Positions 1 through 13,381 are shown, numbered from the stretch's first letter. The stretch is 64,000 bases of DNA from Planktothrix sp. GU0601_MAG3 (GCA_035193785.1 CP136572.1:3444578-3508577); one strand, 5' to 3'. Numbers and translations are program-made. The notes: generated from the sequence alone by a model not told the origin.

Positions 1-1397
1 AATTTTCAAAATACCCGGTCATTACCTGGGGCCCCCGGGCTAAAACCAACCCGGTCTGACCACAGGGCAGAATTTTACGGGTTTCGGGGTCAACAATACA
101 GATTTCGGTTTTCGGGATGGGTTTTCCCGATGATCCGCGTAAATTATGCCCTGCTCGACGGGCACTTAATACGGGGGAAGTCTCGGTTAAACCATATCCG
201 ACTAATAGGTTGATACCGATGATTTCATAGAAATCCTCTAGGTACATGGCTAAGGAGCCACCCCCACTAATGGCAAATTTGAGTTGTCCTCCGGTGGCTT
301 CTCGCACTTTTTGATAGACTAAGCGATCGCCGATCATTTGAAAGGGAGCGTATACCCAAGTTTTTAACTGGGCGAGAAGTTTTTCCCCCGCAGAAACGGG
401 CTGTAAATCTAAAGTTAATCCCTGGGTAACCCGACGGGCAAGAATGTATTTTTCACTGAGGGAAAAGAAAAAATCAACAATTTTTTGTTTTAGGGCAGAC
501 TGTTCTCGAAATTGCTTTTGTGCGCTCTCATGAATAGCTTCCCAAATTCGAGGCACACTAATCATGTAATGGGGTTTAAACTCCTTTAAATCCTGCTTAA
601 AGTAGCGAATATTGGTATAAACAACCGTACAGCCTTGGGATAAACAAAAATATTGTCCGGTGCGTCCGAAGGTATGCCAAGTGGGAAGAATACTGAGAAA
701 TATTTCTCCGGGTTCGGGTTGAATCACATCGGGAATGGCATTAATTTGATGTAATAGGTTTTCATGGGTTAACATTACTCCCTTCGGTTGTCCGGTCGTT
801 CCCGAAGTATAGAGAAGGGTAGCTAGGGTTTTTTGGCGGGATTTAGAAGGTTTGAGAATTGTCTTTTTTCCGGTTTCGATTAATTGATTAAAATTCAATA
901 CCGGAATAGTTGGTAAATCTCGGGTATTTGGCATTTCATCCGACAATAAAATCACAAATTGAATCGGTAAATCTTCAATTTGCGATCGCAATTTTTTTAA
1001 TAGGGAAAAGTTTTCAACAACCAGGGCGGTACTGCCACTATCTTTGAGAATATAAGCTAATTCTAAGGGGTCAGCCGTGGCTCCGCGCACCACATCGGCG
1101 GCTCCGGCGGTTAAGATTCCTTGATCAGCAATCAGCCAACGGGGGCTATCATCAGAAAACAGAGCAATGCGTGGCGGTAGACCATTGATGGTGGATTCTA
1201 TGCCTAAGTTTTGTAACCCCTTGGCAAATTGTTGAATTTTTTCCCACAGTTGGGAATAGCTCAAACGGAGTCCGGGTTTCCCGTGGGGTTCATCTAAAGC
1301 GATAATTTGACCAACATTTTGATCCAAAATTGGCCAGATTTCAGAAATAGATTGCACAGAAGAATAGAGGGAAACGCCAGTGAGTTGAGTGAATCAT
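1..1397 (-). CDS. aas: Long-chain acyl-CoA/acyl-ACP synthetase (AMP-binding); runs off the window start; one frameshift near the start
   Basis: Manual translation gives SLYSSVQSISEIWPILD...LSYSQLWEKIQQFAKGL and the AMP-binding motif TLLYTSGTTGQPKGVMLTHEN (~760-820). ATG at 1397 joins the frame if one base is removed at 1371-1375. Confidence 0.8.
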
Positions 1398-1429
1398 AAA
1401 AACCTCGGGGAAAGAAAAGGGTCAACCAA

Positions 1430-2395
1430 TCAATGCAAGTTGCTGATGTATTTAGTATGTTTATGTTCATACATCAGTTTATCAGCTTTGGCTATCCATT
1501 CTTCCAGAGAACAATTATTATTGACATCGCATGGTTGTATACCAATACTAATAGAAACTTTATAGACTCGATGGGAGTTTTGATTGAAAAAATCAATATT
1601 AGTTTGTAATCGAGTTTTAAAATCCTGGGGATGGGTTTCTTCACCCAAAAGAAATAGGGTAAATTCATCACCTCCAAATCGAGCTAAAATATCAGCATCC
1701 CGGAAAGTTTGCCTCAAAATTTGAGCCGCATCAACAATTGTCCGATCTCCTAATTCGTGGCCGTGGGTATCATTAATAATTTTTAACCCATCTAAATCAG
1801 CAAAGATCAAAGAGCAATTAGTATTTGTCCGTTGTGCTATTTTTAATTGTTGTTGGGCGAGTAAGAAAAAGCCCCTCCGATTATAAAGTCCCGTTAGTTC
1901 ATCGGTTAGAGATAGCTGTCTAACTTCGGCTTCGGCTTTCAAACGTTCTTGAATTTCTAGCTCTAACCGTTGATTTTGCTCAATTAATTGTTGATGTTGT
2001 TGTTGAATTAATAATTGATTTTTCACCCGCACTAAAACTTCCTGTTCTTGAAAAGGTTTTGTAATATAATCCACCCCGCCCAACTCAAAGGCTCTGACTT
2101 TATCTTCAAGTGTTTCCAAAGCACTAACAAAGATCACCGGAATCTGGGCTGTTATTTCTGAGTTTTTTAGATTTTGACACATTTCATAACCGTTCATATC
2201 TGGCATATTAATATCCAGTAGAATCAGATGGGGCGGATGACGCTGCACCCCTTGGAGTGCCATTCTACCATTGAGAGATTTACGAACAATATAACCCTGG
2301 GATTCTAAAATTTTAGTTAACAATCGTAAATTATCAGGCGTATCATCCACAATCAAAATAGTTGTTTTAGTGGCATTTTTAAGTGGAGTTGTCAT
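1430..2395 (-). CDS. Response regulator diguanylate cyclase (REC-GGDEF)
   Basis: REC domain (ILIVDD, LLDINMP, KPF) followed by DELTGLYNRR, an RDAD I-site and ARFGGDEF. Confidence 0.92.
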   Translation of the reverse strand: MTTPLKNATKTTILIVDDTPDNLRLLTKILESQGYIVRKSLNGRMALQGVQRHPPHLILLDINMPDMNGYEMCQNLKNSEITAQIPVIFVSALETLEDKVRAFELGGVDYITKPFQEQEVLVRVKNQLLIQQQHQQLIEQNQRLELEIQERLKAEAEVRQLSLTDELTGLYNRRGFFLLAQQQLKIAQRTNTNCSLIFADLDGLKIINDTHGHELGDRTIVDAAQILRQTFRDADILARFGGDEFTLFLLGEETHPQDFKTRLQTNIDFFNQNSHRVYKVSISIGIQPCDVNNNCSLEEWIAKADKLMYEHKHTKYISNLH

Positions 2396-2406
2396 AATTT
2401 TTCCCC

Positions 2407-5400
2407 CTAAATCCTAGTCAGAATGTCGATCGCCTCTAGCTGAAAATTATCGACAAGAGAAGTCAGGGTTTCGATCAGAAATTGATGCTCCGGTGGAATT
2501 TCAGCAATCAGTTGAAAAATTCGGTGATCATTGAGATCCAGCGCTGCTTCATGGACTTGATTGATCCATGCAGGGGGCATAATTTGCAAATGTTCTGAAG
2601 TTAGGGTTTTAGAAACCGTTGGGGTAGGTTTCAGGAGGGGCAGGTTCAGCATAGCGATATTCCAAACCCAAATATTGAGCCATTTTCTGAAACAATAGTT
2701 GCTCTTGGAAGGGCTTGCTCATATAGTCGTTACAACCCGCAGCCAGGGCTAGGCTGCGATCACTTTGGGAAGCTTGGGCGGTGAGGGCGATAATAATACT
2801 GTCTTTTCCCTGTTCAAGTGCCCGAATTTGCTTTGTGGCCTCATATCCATCCAAAACGGGCATCCGAATATCCATCCAGGTCAAATCAGGTTGCCATTCT
2901 CGCCATAGTTGTACGGCTTCGAGTCCATTACTGGCTTCTCTGACCTCCAATCCCAACTGAGTTAATAACTTCACCAGTAATAGGCGATTCTCCTCCCGAT
3001 CATCAACGACTAAAATTCGATGATGAGCATTACCCGGGGCTAACCCCAGGATTAGGCGATCGCTCTGTTCCCGTATGACCTCAACACCATTGCTAAGGGC
3101 GACTCTCAAGCTGAAACTAAAGGCTGTTCCTTCTCCTATTGTACTCCTAACGGAAATGTCTCCCCCCATCATTTGTAGGAGTTTTCGGCTAATGGTCAAT
3201 CCTAACCCCGTACCACTCACCGTTTGCCTTCCGGCTTGAGCTTGGACAAAGGCATCAAAGATGCAGTCGAGTTCCTCCGGGGCAATGCCCACCCCGGTAT
3301 CCACGACCTCAAATTGCAGAAGGGCATGGGTTGGAAGTTGAACTTCCCCAGGAAGATGCCGCACCTGTAGGGTAATGCGTCCTTGATGGGTGAATTTAAT
3401 GGCATTTCCCAGCAGATTAATTAAAACTTGACGCAGTTTTTGAGCATCGGTTTTAATCCATTGGGGAACATCTGGATCAATCTCAAAACTCAGTTCTAGC
3501 CCCTTAGAACTAGCCCTTTCTGCTAACATATTTCGCAGGGAATGGAGCAGGTTAATTAAGTCAAAGTCCGTTTCTTCTAAGGTGCAGTGTCCCGATTCAA
3601 TTTTAGACAGATCTAAAACATCATTAATTAAACTTAAAAGGTGATCGCCACTGCGTCGAATAGTTTGCAGGTCTTCTTGTAAATCGGGAGTCAGGGCCGG
3701 ATCATGGGCCATGACCTGGGCAAATCCTAAAATCACATTTAAGGGGGTGCGGAGTTCGTGACTCATATTAGCCAGGAAAATACTTTTAGCTAAATTAGCC
3801 TGTTTCTGCGGCTTCCATTGCCTGTGTGAGAGCGATTTCTTTTTGTTTGCGATCGCTAATATCTCGACAAATACAAAAATGCAAAACCTCTCCGTCTAAA
3901 ATCACCCGACTGTAACTAATTTCCACATCATATTTAGAACCATCTTTGCGTTTATGTTTGGTTTCAAAAAGTGGCATGACGACATCGCTATTGATGATGA
4001 TTTGCAGTTCTTCTTTTGTCCATTGAGCATCCCAATCTACTAAATTCAAGCTCAAAGTTTCTTCTAGGGTATAACCCAGCATCTGGGCAAAACTAGGACT
4101 GGACTGTATGACATCTCCTCGGTAATTCATCACAACCACACCGTCCATTGAGGTATTGAATAAAGTTTTGGTTCGCAGAAGTTCTTTTTCTAAATTCAGT
4201 TCTGCTTTTCGGCGTTCGGCTTCGAGTTTTGCCCTTTCACTAATATCCTTCATAAAGCAATAATGACCTGATAGTTGATGCTGTTCGTCGTAGGTGGCAA
4301 TCATCACTAATTGTTTATAAAAAATCGAACTATCTTTACGAATACCAATGGTTTCTACCTCGACTCTACCCTCTTTTACCATCTGATTATAAACGACAAT
4401 TAATTTTTCCAGTTCATCGGGATGTACGGTTTTTTCCCAGGACATTCCTATCATTTCTTCCGGCTGATAACCCGTGATTTGAGCGTAGGTTTTATTAACA
4501 TAGATATAACGACCTGTAACATCTAATCTGGAAATCCCAGATACGGCATTTTCCATAACTTCACTCAGTTCTTTGCGCTCGGATTCTACCTGTTTCTTAT
4601 CGGTAATATCTTCCGAAAAACAGAGTAAATATTGGGGTTGATGCCGTTCATCATAAATCGGGATTTTGACCGTATGTAGCCAACGTTTACCTAAACTCAA
4701 ACTACTCACCACTTCTTCAGGAATATCCTCTTTATTCCCTGTTTCTAAGACTTTTCTATCTTTTTGATTAAAAAATTCTGCCTGTTTCCCTGGGGAATAA
4801 GTCATAGACGGTTTTACCAACAGCATCTTCTGCGGAAATGCCAAATAACTGTTCGCTGGTTTTATTCCAAAACTGAAATACTCCAAATTTTTCCGGCTGC
4901 ATATTTTTCACAAAAACAGCAACGGGTAAATGATTCAGGAGGGCTTGTAAAAAATTACGAGTTTGTTGAATTTTATTCTCAGCTTCCTTGAGTGGGGTAA
5001 TATCAACGAACATAATTATCACTTGTTTGAGTTGATGATCAGAATCAAATTCACAGAAAGCATTAACCAAAACCCAAACCCGAGAAAGGTTAACCCGATT
5101 AATTCCTAATACATAATCCTTAAAAGGCTGTTTCGTAGATAGAGCAAGATAGATGGGATATTCCTCAAGGGGCATTGGGGTTCCATCTTCCCGAAAAAAA
5201 TGCCATGCGGGATCAATTGCTGTTTTTCCCATCATTTGATCCATGGATAGACCTAATAATTCACAGGCGATTAAATTACAGACTAAAATTTTAGTATCAG
5301 CCCCATGAATGACAAATCCCATACTTAAATTATTGATCAATTCTCGATAACGGGATTCACTTTGTTGTAGTGAAACTTCGGCTTGTTTTTGTCGGGTGAT

Positions 5401-6646
5401 GTTGCGATCAATTTTAGAGATGCCGATAATATTTTCCTTCTCGTTTTTGATGGGAGAAATACTAATAGAAACATCAATAATATTTCCATCTTTCTTGAGT
5501 CGTTTGCTCTGATAATGATCAATCCGTTCTCCTTGGAGAATCCGTTGCATGAGTGCCTGTTCCTGATGATGATAGTTTGGGGGAATCAGTTTTAAGATTG
5601 ATTCTCCTACGATCTCTGAGGCCGTATAACCAAAAACTCTTTCCGCGCCTTGGTTCCAATTTATAATAATACCATCTAAATTTTCGCCGATAATTGCATC
5701 TTCTGAGAATTCAACAATTGCCGCTAATTGGGTTAGGGCTATTTCCACTTGTTTCCGTTGATATATTTCCCGTTGTAATTGGTGATTGGTTTTTTGTAAT
5801 TGATGGATTTGACGTTGACTGATTTGTACCAAATACATCACTAATACAGATAACCAAACTAAAAATAATCCCCCAATTAGAACAACAATTGGTAAGGGAG
5901 TAGTTGCTTTTTTGATTAAGGCTGGAGTTGGGAAAACAACCACTCGCCAGTTAGTACCATAGGCTTTAACCATAACGGTTTTTTCCAGTCCGGTAGCTGA
6001 GGGAATTCCGGGTTGAGCATAAATTAATTCTGTACGATCATAAATTGCTATTTTATAGTCCGGTGACCGTCTTAAAATGTTGTCAAATAGGGTTTTAAAT
6101 TCAAAAATTCCCAGAATAAATCCATCAAACCGATCATTTACAAATAAAGGCACGGCGGCGATAAAACCTTGATTTCCTTGAACCCAATTCAGGCGGCGGG
6201 TTAAAATAGTTTGATTGAGATCTCGAGCGACTTTTAAGATAATGTGGCGGTGGGGTTCTTGATTGAGATCAATATTGTTGATAATGTCGTTTTTATCCCT
6301 AGCTACAACCCAGCGCACAATAAAGCTAGAGTCAATCCATTCAATTCCTTGATAACCGGCAAAATTATCAATATAAGCCTGGGAATCAGCTTCCCAAAGT
6401 TCCCTTGACTTACCGCCACTGACCTGCCAGCGATTCGCCATTTGCTGTAGGGTCAATATCCGGGTGGTGAGTTTCCTTACTCAGTTGTAACTCAATGCCA
6501 TTGGCTTCGGTGCTAATTGATTGCTGAAGTTGGAATTGTTGATGCAGGTATAGTCGTGCCACCAGAAAAAAAATAGCCACAGAAGCTATTATACCTAATA
6601 ACAAAGGCAAAAGTTTTTTCCGAGGTGTTTGGCTGAGAATTTTCAT
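2407..6646 (-). CDS. Membrane hybrid histidine kinase (TM, CHASE-like, TM, ~5 PAS, HisKA, HATPase, REC); split into 5 ORFs by 4 frameshifts
   Basis: ORFs 6410-6646, 4768-6456, 3795-4886, 2609-3766 and 2407-2652 are consecutive domain fragments. Motifs MSHELRTP, NLLGNAIKF, GTGLGL, WMDIRMP. Confidence 0.85.
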
Positions 6647-6665
6647 TGTTTAAATGGGGAGTATC

Positions 6666-7295
6666 TCAAGGATGAGAAATTACTGGGTCGATAGAAGCTT
6701 CAATCCCTCTAATTAAACAAGACAAAGGAATCACACCCGCAACAAAGATTAAATAACCTCTGACGGAATTGTGACGGAATTCAAAGGTCGTATCAACCAT
6801 TAAAACATAACGGACTTCATTTCTACTTAACATTAGGGATTTGACTAAATCGGGTAGGGGTTCAATTTGGAATGTAGGCATAGAAAAGGTAAATTGACAT
6901 CCCATTAAAGTACCTAACAGACCAACATAGGAATTTAATAAAATATTGCCCGTTTCGGTTAAAACTTCGCAGGCAGAAATATTCAAATAGACAATCTGAT
7001 CTTTACTATTCTGTTGGAGTAAATTTGTTAATTGAATAGCACAAGAATAATTTAAAAGTAATAAAGCATCTCCACTAATTGAGCCTTTAAAGAATTGATG
7101 AATACTCACAACATCTTCCTTAAAATGTTGGGGAAATTGCAGAGTTAATTTACTCAAAGAAGATAAGGAAACCCCTGCAACTGTCATTTTAACATCGGAA
7201 CCAATCAACTTTGATAGGGCCTTTGCTGTTGTTGTGGAGAGAGCCATTCTCATAAACTCAGATAACGCTATTTTTTGCTTTTCAGTGAGTAGCAT
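6666..7295 (-). CDS. cheC: CheC-family chemotaxis phosphatase
   Basis: CheC-like sequence (ALSKLIGSDV, GSISGDALL, FSMP) with one ExxN site (ETGN); lies within the che cluster. Confidence 0.75.
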   Translation of the reverse strand: MLLTEKQKIALSEFMRMALSTTTAKALSKLIGSDVKMTVAGVSLSSLSKLTLQFPQHFKEDVVSIHQFFKGSISGDALLLLNYSCAIQLTNLLQQNSKDQIVYLNISACEVLTETGNILLNSYVGLLGTLMGCQFTFSMPTFQIEPLPDLVKSLMLSRNEVRYVLMVDTTFEFRHNSVRGYLIFVAGVIPLSCLIRGIEASIDPVISHP

Positions 7296-7342
7296 TTGTA
7301 AACCTTTTTTGTTATTAATTATTGATTTTCTATTTTTTTTTG

Positions 7343-8399
7343 TTATAAAACTTCTAAAATGGTCTGTGCCATATCAGATAAAGAAATTTGGCGATCGCTT
7401 AACCCCGAATCCACCACCGACCGAGGCATTCCGTAGACAATACAAGTTTCCTCCGATTCGGTAAAGACTGAACCCCCAGAAGACTTAATCCAGGCTGCAC
7501 CCTCTTTCCCATCGGAACCCATTCCGGTCATCACAATTCCCAAAACCCGATTGCCATAAACCTCAGCCGCCGATTGAAACATCACATCAACCGAGGGACG
7601 ATGGGGCATATCAAAGGGTTGGGCGACTAAACGGACTACCACCTGATCTCCTTGACGTTTAAAGGTTAAATGACGTCCGGCGGGGGCGATAAAAACCATA
7701 CCCGCAGAGATAATTTGTCCATCGGTTGCTTCTACCACTTTCAAATCAGATAATTGATCCAATCGTTCCGCATACATTTTGGTATAACCAATGGGCATAT
7801 GTAAAACGATGGCAATGGGGATGGGAAAATTACTGGGTAACTGCGGAATTAAAAAGGCTAAGGCTTGGGGGCCGCCAGTGGAAATTCCAATCACAATTAA
7901 ATCGGTAACACTCTTACGGGTCAGGGGTTGAACGGGATGCGCCGGATGGGTAGACTTCACCAAAAAGGGAAGGGGAAGACGCTTGAGGGGAACATTGGCG
8001 GCGGCCTTGACTTTATCAATTAATTCTTCCGCCAGTTTCATACATTTTTTCCGTCGCTAAAGCCGTAGGTTTATGGACAAAATCCACCGCCCCCGCATCT
8101 AAAGCCGCTAAGACCATTTCCCCTCCTTCATTGGCAATACTGACAACAATCACCGGGATGGGATGTCGTGCCATTTGTCGCCGCAGAAACTCCACCCCAT
8201 CAATTTTAGGCATTAATAAATCTAGGGTAATCACATCGACTTGATCGGCCATCTGTTCTAGTTTTTCTAGGGCTTCTTCCCCATCGTGGGCCGTTCCTAC
8301 CACTTCAATAAAGGGACTGCGAGACAGCATTTGTTTAACCACTTTCCGCACATAAGCCGAATCATCAACTACTAAAACTCGAATAATTTGACTATTCAT
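7343..8399 (-). CDS. cheB: Chemotaxis methylesterase CheB (REC + esterase); one frameshift at ~8037
   Basis: REC fragment (VLVVDDS, LDLLMP) plus esterase motifs GISTGG, VLHMP, MTGMGSDG, VYGMP. Confidence 0.92.
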
Positions 8400-8511
8400 T
8401 GTTATGCTCCTTGGTTATAAAAATTGAGAGTTATACCCAACTATAAATTTAGCATTTTTGCTCTAATTATGCAGTTGTTCTTTCCTATACTTTATCTAAG
8501 TAAAAAGCAGG

Positions 8512-9372
8512 TTATTTTTTTTGTTTTGTATAAATAAATGCACCCCCAATTTCCTGTAACTCAAAATTTGTTTTGATTTTAATTAATGATTCCGAAGCAC
8601 TTAAAAACAAATAACCTGGGTTAAACATTCTTTGATAAAAAAAATTCACCGTCTTGGCAATAGATGCCTCGGAAAAATAGATAAAAACATTCCGACAAAA
8701 AACAAAATGAGCTTGGGCTAAATATTGGATATCTGATTCCACCAATAAGTTATTCACCGACCAATGAACTCGATTATGAATTAGGGGAGAAATCTGCCAT
8801 CCTTGTTCATGGACAGAAAAATATTTCGCTTTTAAGGATTCAGGAAAACCACGAAAGGAGTATTGTCGATAGACTCCCGATACGGCTTTATTAATCGCCC
8901 GAGAAGACGCATCACTCGCCCAAATTTCAATCGGAATCCGCTCAAACCAACCCGCTTCATGTAAGGCGATCGCAATGCTTAAAGGTTCTTCTCCCGTTGA
9001 ACAAGCCGCACTCCAAATCCGCAGAGGTTGACCGGAATAGGAAAGGTCATAAAACCGCTCTAAATATTTTGGTAACAACACCTCGACTAAAACTTTGATT
9101 TGGTCATACTCGCGCCAAAAATAGGTTTCCTGCACCGTTAAAGCATTAATCACTTCCTGCCATTCGACCGATGCTGATTGATCATATTTAAGCAAATAAT
9201 AATAGTCTAAAAATGATTCTAAACCCCGCTCTTTTACTCTAATTGATAGCTTATCTGCCAATATTGTCTGTTTGGAAACACTATAAAACAATCCAGTCCG
9301 TTCATGGATTAGATCTCGTAAAATAACAAAGGTACTATCGCTTAAATCAAGAGGTTCTGAAGAAAATTTCAT
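8512..9372 (-). CDS. cheR: Chemotaxis methyltransferase CheR
   Basis: Motifs TVQETYFWRE, IWSAACSTGEEP, FCRNVFIYF. Confidence 0.93.
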   Translation of the reverse strand: MKFSSEPLDLSDSTFVILRDLIHERTGLFYSVSKQTILADKLSIRVKERGLESFLDYYYLLKYDQSASVEWQEVINALTVQETYFWREYDQIKVLVEVLLPKYLERFYDLSYSGQPLRIWSAACSTGEEPLSIAIALHEAGWFERIPIEIWASDASSRAINKAVSGVYRQYSFRGFPESLKAKYFSVHEQGWQISPLIHNRVHWSVNNLLVESDIQYLAQAHFVFCRNVFIYFSEASIAKTVNFFYQRMFNPGYLFLSASESLIKIKTNFELQEIGGAFIYTKQKK

Positions 9373-9397
9373 ATCATAGCAGTAATCAGTAATCAGT

Positions 9398-9572
9398 TAT
9401 AGCGCTACGCGCTAGGGAACAGGGAACAGGGAACAGGGAACAGGGAACAGGGAACAGGGAACAGGGAACAGGGAACAGGGAACAGGGAACAGGGAACAGG
9501 GAACAGGGAACAGGGAACAGGGAATGAGTTTCTGGATTTAGAAGTGTCCTAACTGTAATGCGTAGCGCTATA
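9398..9572. mobile_element. MITE-like element with perfect 13-bp terminal inverted repeats and an internal (AGGGAAC)15 array
   Basis: TATAGCGCTACGC at 9398-9410 and GCGTAGCGCTATA at 9560-9572; heptamer array at 9414-9518. Confidence 0.7.
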
Positions 9573-10072
9573 TCAGTTATCAGTTATCAGTTATCAGTTA
9601 TCAGTTATCAGTCATCAGTTGTTAGTTGTCAGTTGTTAGCTATCAGTTATTAGCTATCAGTTATTAGCTATCAGTTATTAGTTATTAGCTATCAGTTATT
9701 AGTTATTAGTTATTAGTTATTGGTTATTGGCTGTCAGTTGTTGGCTATTAGCTATTAGGTGTTAGTTATTAGGTATTAGGTATTAGTTATCAGTTGTTAG
9801 TTGTTAGTAATGCTACCTATTTATAGATAGTTACTTTTACATAATTTTATTTATTTCACTGATAACTGTTGACTAATAACTCTTAACTGTTGACTGTTGA
9901 CTGTTGACTCTTAACTGTTAACTGTTAACTGTTAACTGTTAACTGTTAACTGTTAACTGTTAACTCCTAACTGTTAACTCCTAACTGTTAACTCTTAACT
10001 GTTAACTCCTAACTGTTAACTCTTAACTGTTAACTCCTAACTGATAACTGATAACTGATAACTGATAACTGA
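9573..10072. repeat. Heptamer short tandem repeat field arranged as two oppositely oriented arms
   Basis: (TCAGTTA/TTAGTTA)n at 9573-9810, then complementary (TAACTGT/TAACTGA)n at ~9860-10072. Confidence 0.85.
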
Positions 10073-13000
10073 TTATTGGTGTATTCCTTTTTGAGCCGCT
10101 CGACGAACCACGGCGGAAGAGTCATTCCGGGCTAATATTCCCAACTTTTCAGTACAAGAACGATTACCCAGGTAGACCAAAGCGTTAACCGCAGCTAAAC
10201 GGACGTTTTGATCCTGGTCATTCAAAGCACTGATTAAAATTTCCGAAGCAAAAGGATGTTTGAGGCGTTTTAGCACTTCCACCACCGCACAGCGCACCGC
10301 CGGATGGACATGGTTTAACCCCTGACTAATGCCCTCAATATAGTCCTCCTTGAGGGTAGAAACTATCCAAATTGCGAGAAGCCAAGGCCAAAATACAAGA
10401 CTCCCGACTACTCGGATCAACCGACAACTCCAATAAAGCCGCGATCGCCTCAGAAGTTCCCATCCGCGAGAGGGACTCAATGGCCGCCTGAACCACTTTT
10501 TCCTCTGGATCAGCCGCGGCCATCCATTGCAAAGCCACTCCCGCCTCCTCCCCGCCCCGTTCTCGAAAGGCATGGAGGGCATCCAAACGGCGTTCGGGAT
10601 TCGTCGAATTCAAAGCCATCAATAAAGGAGCCACCGCCCCCGGACTATCAATGCGTCCCAAAGCAATCACCGCAGCCCTAGCCACATCCCCATCCCCGAC
10701 ATCAACCTCCACCAAAGAAGTTAGTAGAGGAATAGCTCGGTCGCCCCCAATGTAACCTAAAGCCGAAGTTGCCGCCGCCCGAACAGGATAGGCAGAATCC
10801 TTGACCACCAGATGTTGTAAAACCTCAAACACCGCCATCAGGGTTTCATCCTCAGCGAGCACTAACTCCGTTAAATCCAGACGGCTAATCGAACGGGAGG
10901 CTTGATAGCGTACCCAAGAATCCTGATCCTGCAAAGCCGTTAATAGATAGGGGAGAACCACCGTGGTTTCCAAATCCCCCAGGGCATGGGCAACGGCGGC
11001 TCGCACCGAGGGAACCTCCTGCCTCAAAGCCATCACCAACAGGGGTACAACCCGTTCATCCTCAATGTAAGGTAAATGCTCAATCGTCGCCCGTCGAACT
11101 TTTTCTTCCGGGTCATGGACACAGTTTAAGAGGGCTTCAATACACTCACTAAAGGCAAAATAGCCCGCAATTTTAACCGCCGACTCCCGAATAATCGGAT
11201 CAGGATCGGTGAGTAAATGTAGAATTCGTTCGGGTAGGGCAGGATGGCCGAGGGAATTTAAGGCCGCGATCGCCCCCAAACGCACGGCGGAATCGGGATG
11301 TCCCAATAATCCCAATAAAGCCTCAAAAGCTCTGGCATCCCCAATTTGGGCTAAAGCAGCCGTAGTCACCATCACCAACTCCCCATCCTCCCCGAGTAAA
11401 CGGGTGAGGGCAGGCACCGCCTGATTACTGCCAATCCTACCCAGTACCGTAATCACAGCCTTCTGCGTTTCTAAATCCGGGGCATCTAATTGGGAAATTA
11501 ATAAAGAAGTGATGGAAACCGCCAAACTTAACCAAAGCCTCAATAATTGGTTCTTGCAACTCGGCATGATTCAAGAGTTCCGTCAGGGCGACGGCCACAC
11601 TTTGCCCGTCCAACCATCCCAGAATCAGGGCAAGGGACTTTAATTCCTCAGCATTTGCGGTTTTAATTGCATCGAGTAGGTTCTGAGTCCCTAAATCATC
11701 TACGCCACGGCGGGTCAGATCCGCAATAAACGCTCCTTCCCCAAATTCATTTTGATAGCGCTGATAAATCTTAGCCAAGGCGATCGCCAAAACCCCTACC
11801 GAACAGGGAAATTTGTCGATATCGGGTTGATTTAGAAAAGCAGCCAGAGGTGTCACCACCTCCGCATCGCCCATGGCCCCCAAGACGTCAGCCACCTGAT
11901 TTCCCAGGAATTCATCACTCAACAGATCAACAATTCGAGAACAAATAGTGGTGTCTCCAATTTTCATCAGGGCTTCCAAGGCCGGGAAAGCTAAAAAGAA
12001 ATCCCCGGACTGAGTAATTTCCACCAACTTATCCACCGCATCCGTCGCCAGCAGATGTCCCAGGGATTCAATTGTGTGATAGCGAACATTCACATTGGGA
12101 TCATCGAGTGCCCGAATTAAGGCTGGAATTGCCCTAGGGTCGTGGCGTTCTCCCAGGGCTAAAGCCGTATAAATCCGTAAATCTGGATCAGGATCATTTA
12201 AACAGACCACCAGAGAAGGAATCGGATCAATCTGGCTGAGAACCAAGACCTGAAGCACACTATTGAGAATATCAGGATTGCGGTGTTGTTCTCGCAGCAA
12301 GCGCAACAAATCCTGGGTTAAGTTCGGATCATCCTGCATAGCCAAGCTATCGACGGCCTCCCGCCGCACCCGCCAATTTAGGGTTTTTTGGATTAACGGC
12401 ATTAAACGTCCTGTGATAGAAAGATCTCCAATTTGCATCAGGGCATCTAAAGCCGGAAACCCTAGGAAAAAGTCTTGGGATTGAGCAATTTTGAGCAGGG
12501 GATCAATGGCGTCTCTAGCTTTCAAACGTCCTAATGCTTCAATGGCGTGATAACAAACATTGGTATCCGCATCCGCCAAAGCCAAAATCAGAGCAGGAAC
12601 GGCCCTGGGGTCGTCCCGTTGTCCTAGGGCTTGGGCAGCATAAATTCTGAGTTCTGGGTCAGGATCTTGCAAACACTCGATTAAAGCTGGGATTAAATCC
12701 ACCCGACTCAGTGCCAAAACCTGAATCACGCTATTAACAATTGTGGCATTGCGGTGTTCCTGACGCAAAAGCCGTAACAATTCTGTTGTAATTTCTGGGT
12801 TATAACTGGCGGTTAACTGTTGCACCAGTTCCTGTCTAGTCTGCCAATTGCTTTCTTGCAGGGCATTCATAAAGTCGGTGGTATTCGGAGAGACACCTTG
12901 ACCGAGGCTCTCCGACACCGAAAACAACAAATTCTGATGCTGTTCGTTGGTCAGCCTAGAATAAGAAGCATCAAAAGCCGATGGACTCCCCTCCCGCAGA

Positions 13001-13381
13001 TAATTTTGGGAAATATCTACCTCCCGTTCCCGTCGAGCCGTCACATCTTCGATAGTGACAATGGTTCCCACAATCACATTTTTTTCCCGTAGGGGGGTAA
13101 TGGTAACCCGTTGCTGCATATATTGAAAGTGCTCAGACGAGTTTAAAGGCGGACAGGGAATCAGGTATTGGTGGAAAGCCGGGGCCATGGTTTCCACTAC
13201 CCCTTGAGTCAGTACCCGTTGAAATCGTTCTAATAAACCCCGTTGTTCTAAATCAGGAATCAGATCGGTAATTCGTTGGCCACAACTCATGTCTGCACCA
13301 ATTCCGGTCAGTTTCCAATAATCGGGAATCCCAAGAACGGACGGTTAAATTTATATCGGTTGTAAAAATACCAATAGTCAT
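10073..13381 (-). CDS. PAS + HEAT-repeat (PBS lyase-like) protein, ~1100 aa; three frameshifts
   Basis: ATG at 13381 gives MTIGIFTTDINLTVRSWD (PAS start). It continues into ORFs 11437-13290, 10335-11567 and 10073-10582 with many L-x-D-x-D-x-x-VR-x-x-A-x-x-AL HEAT repeats. Confidence 0.85.
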
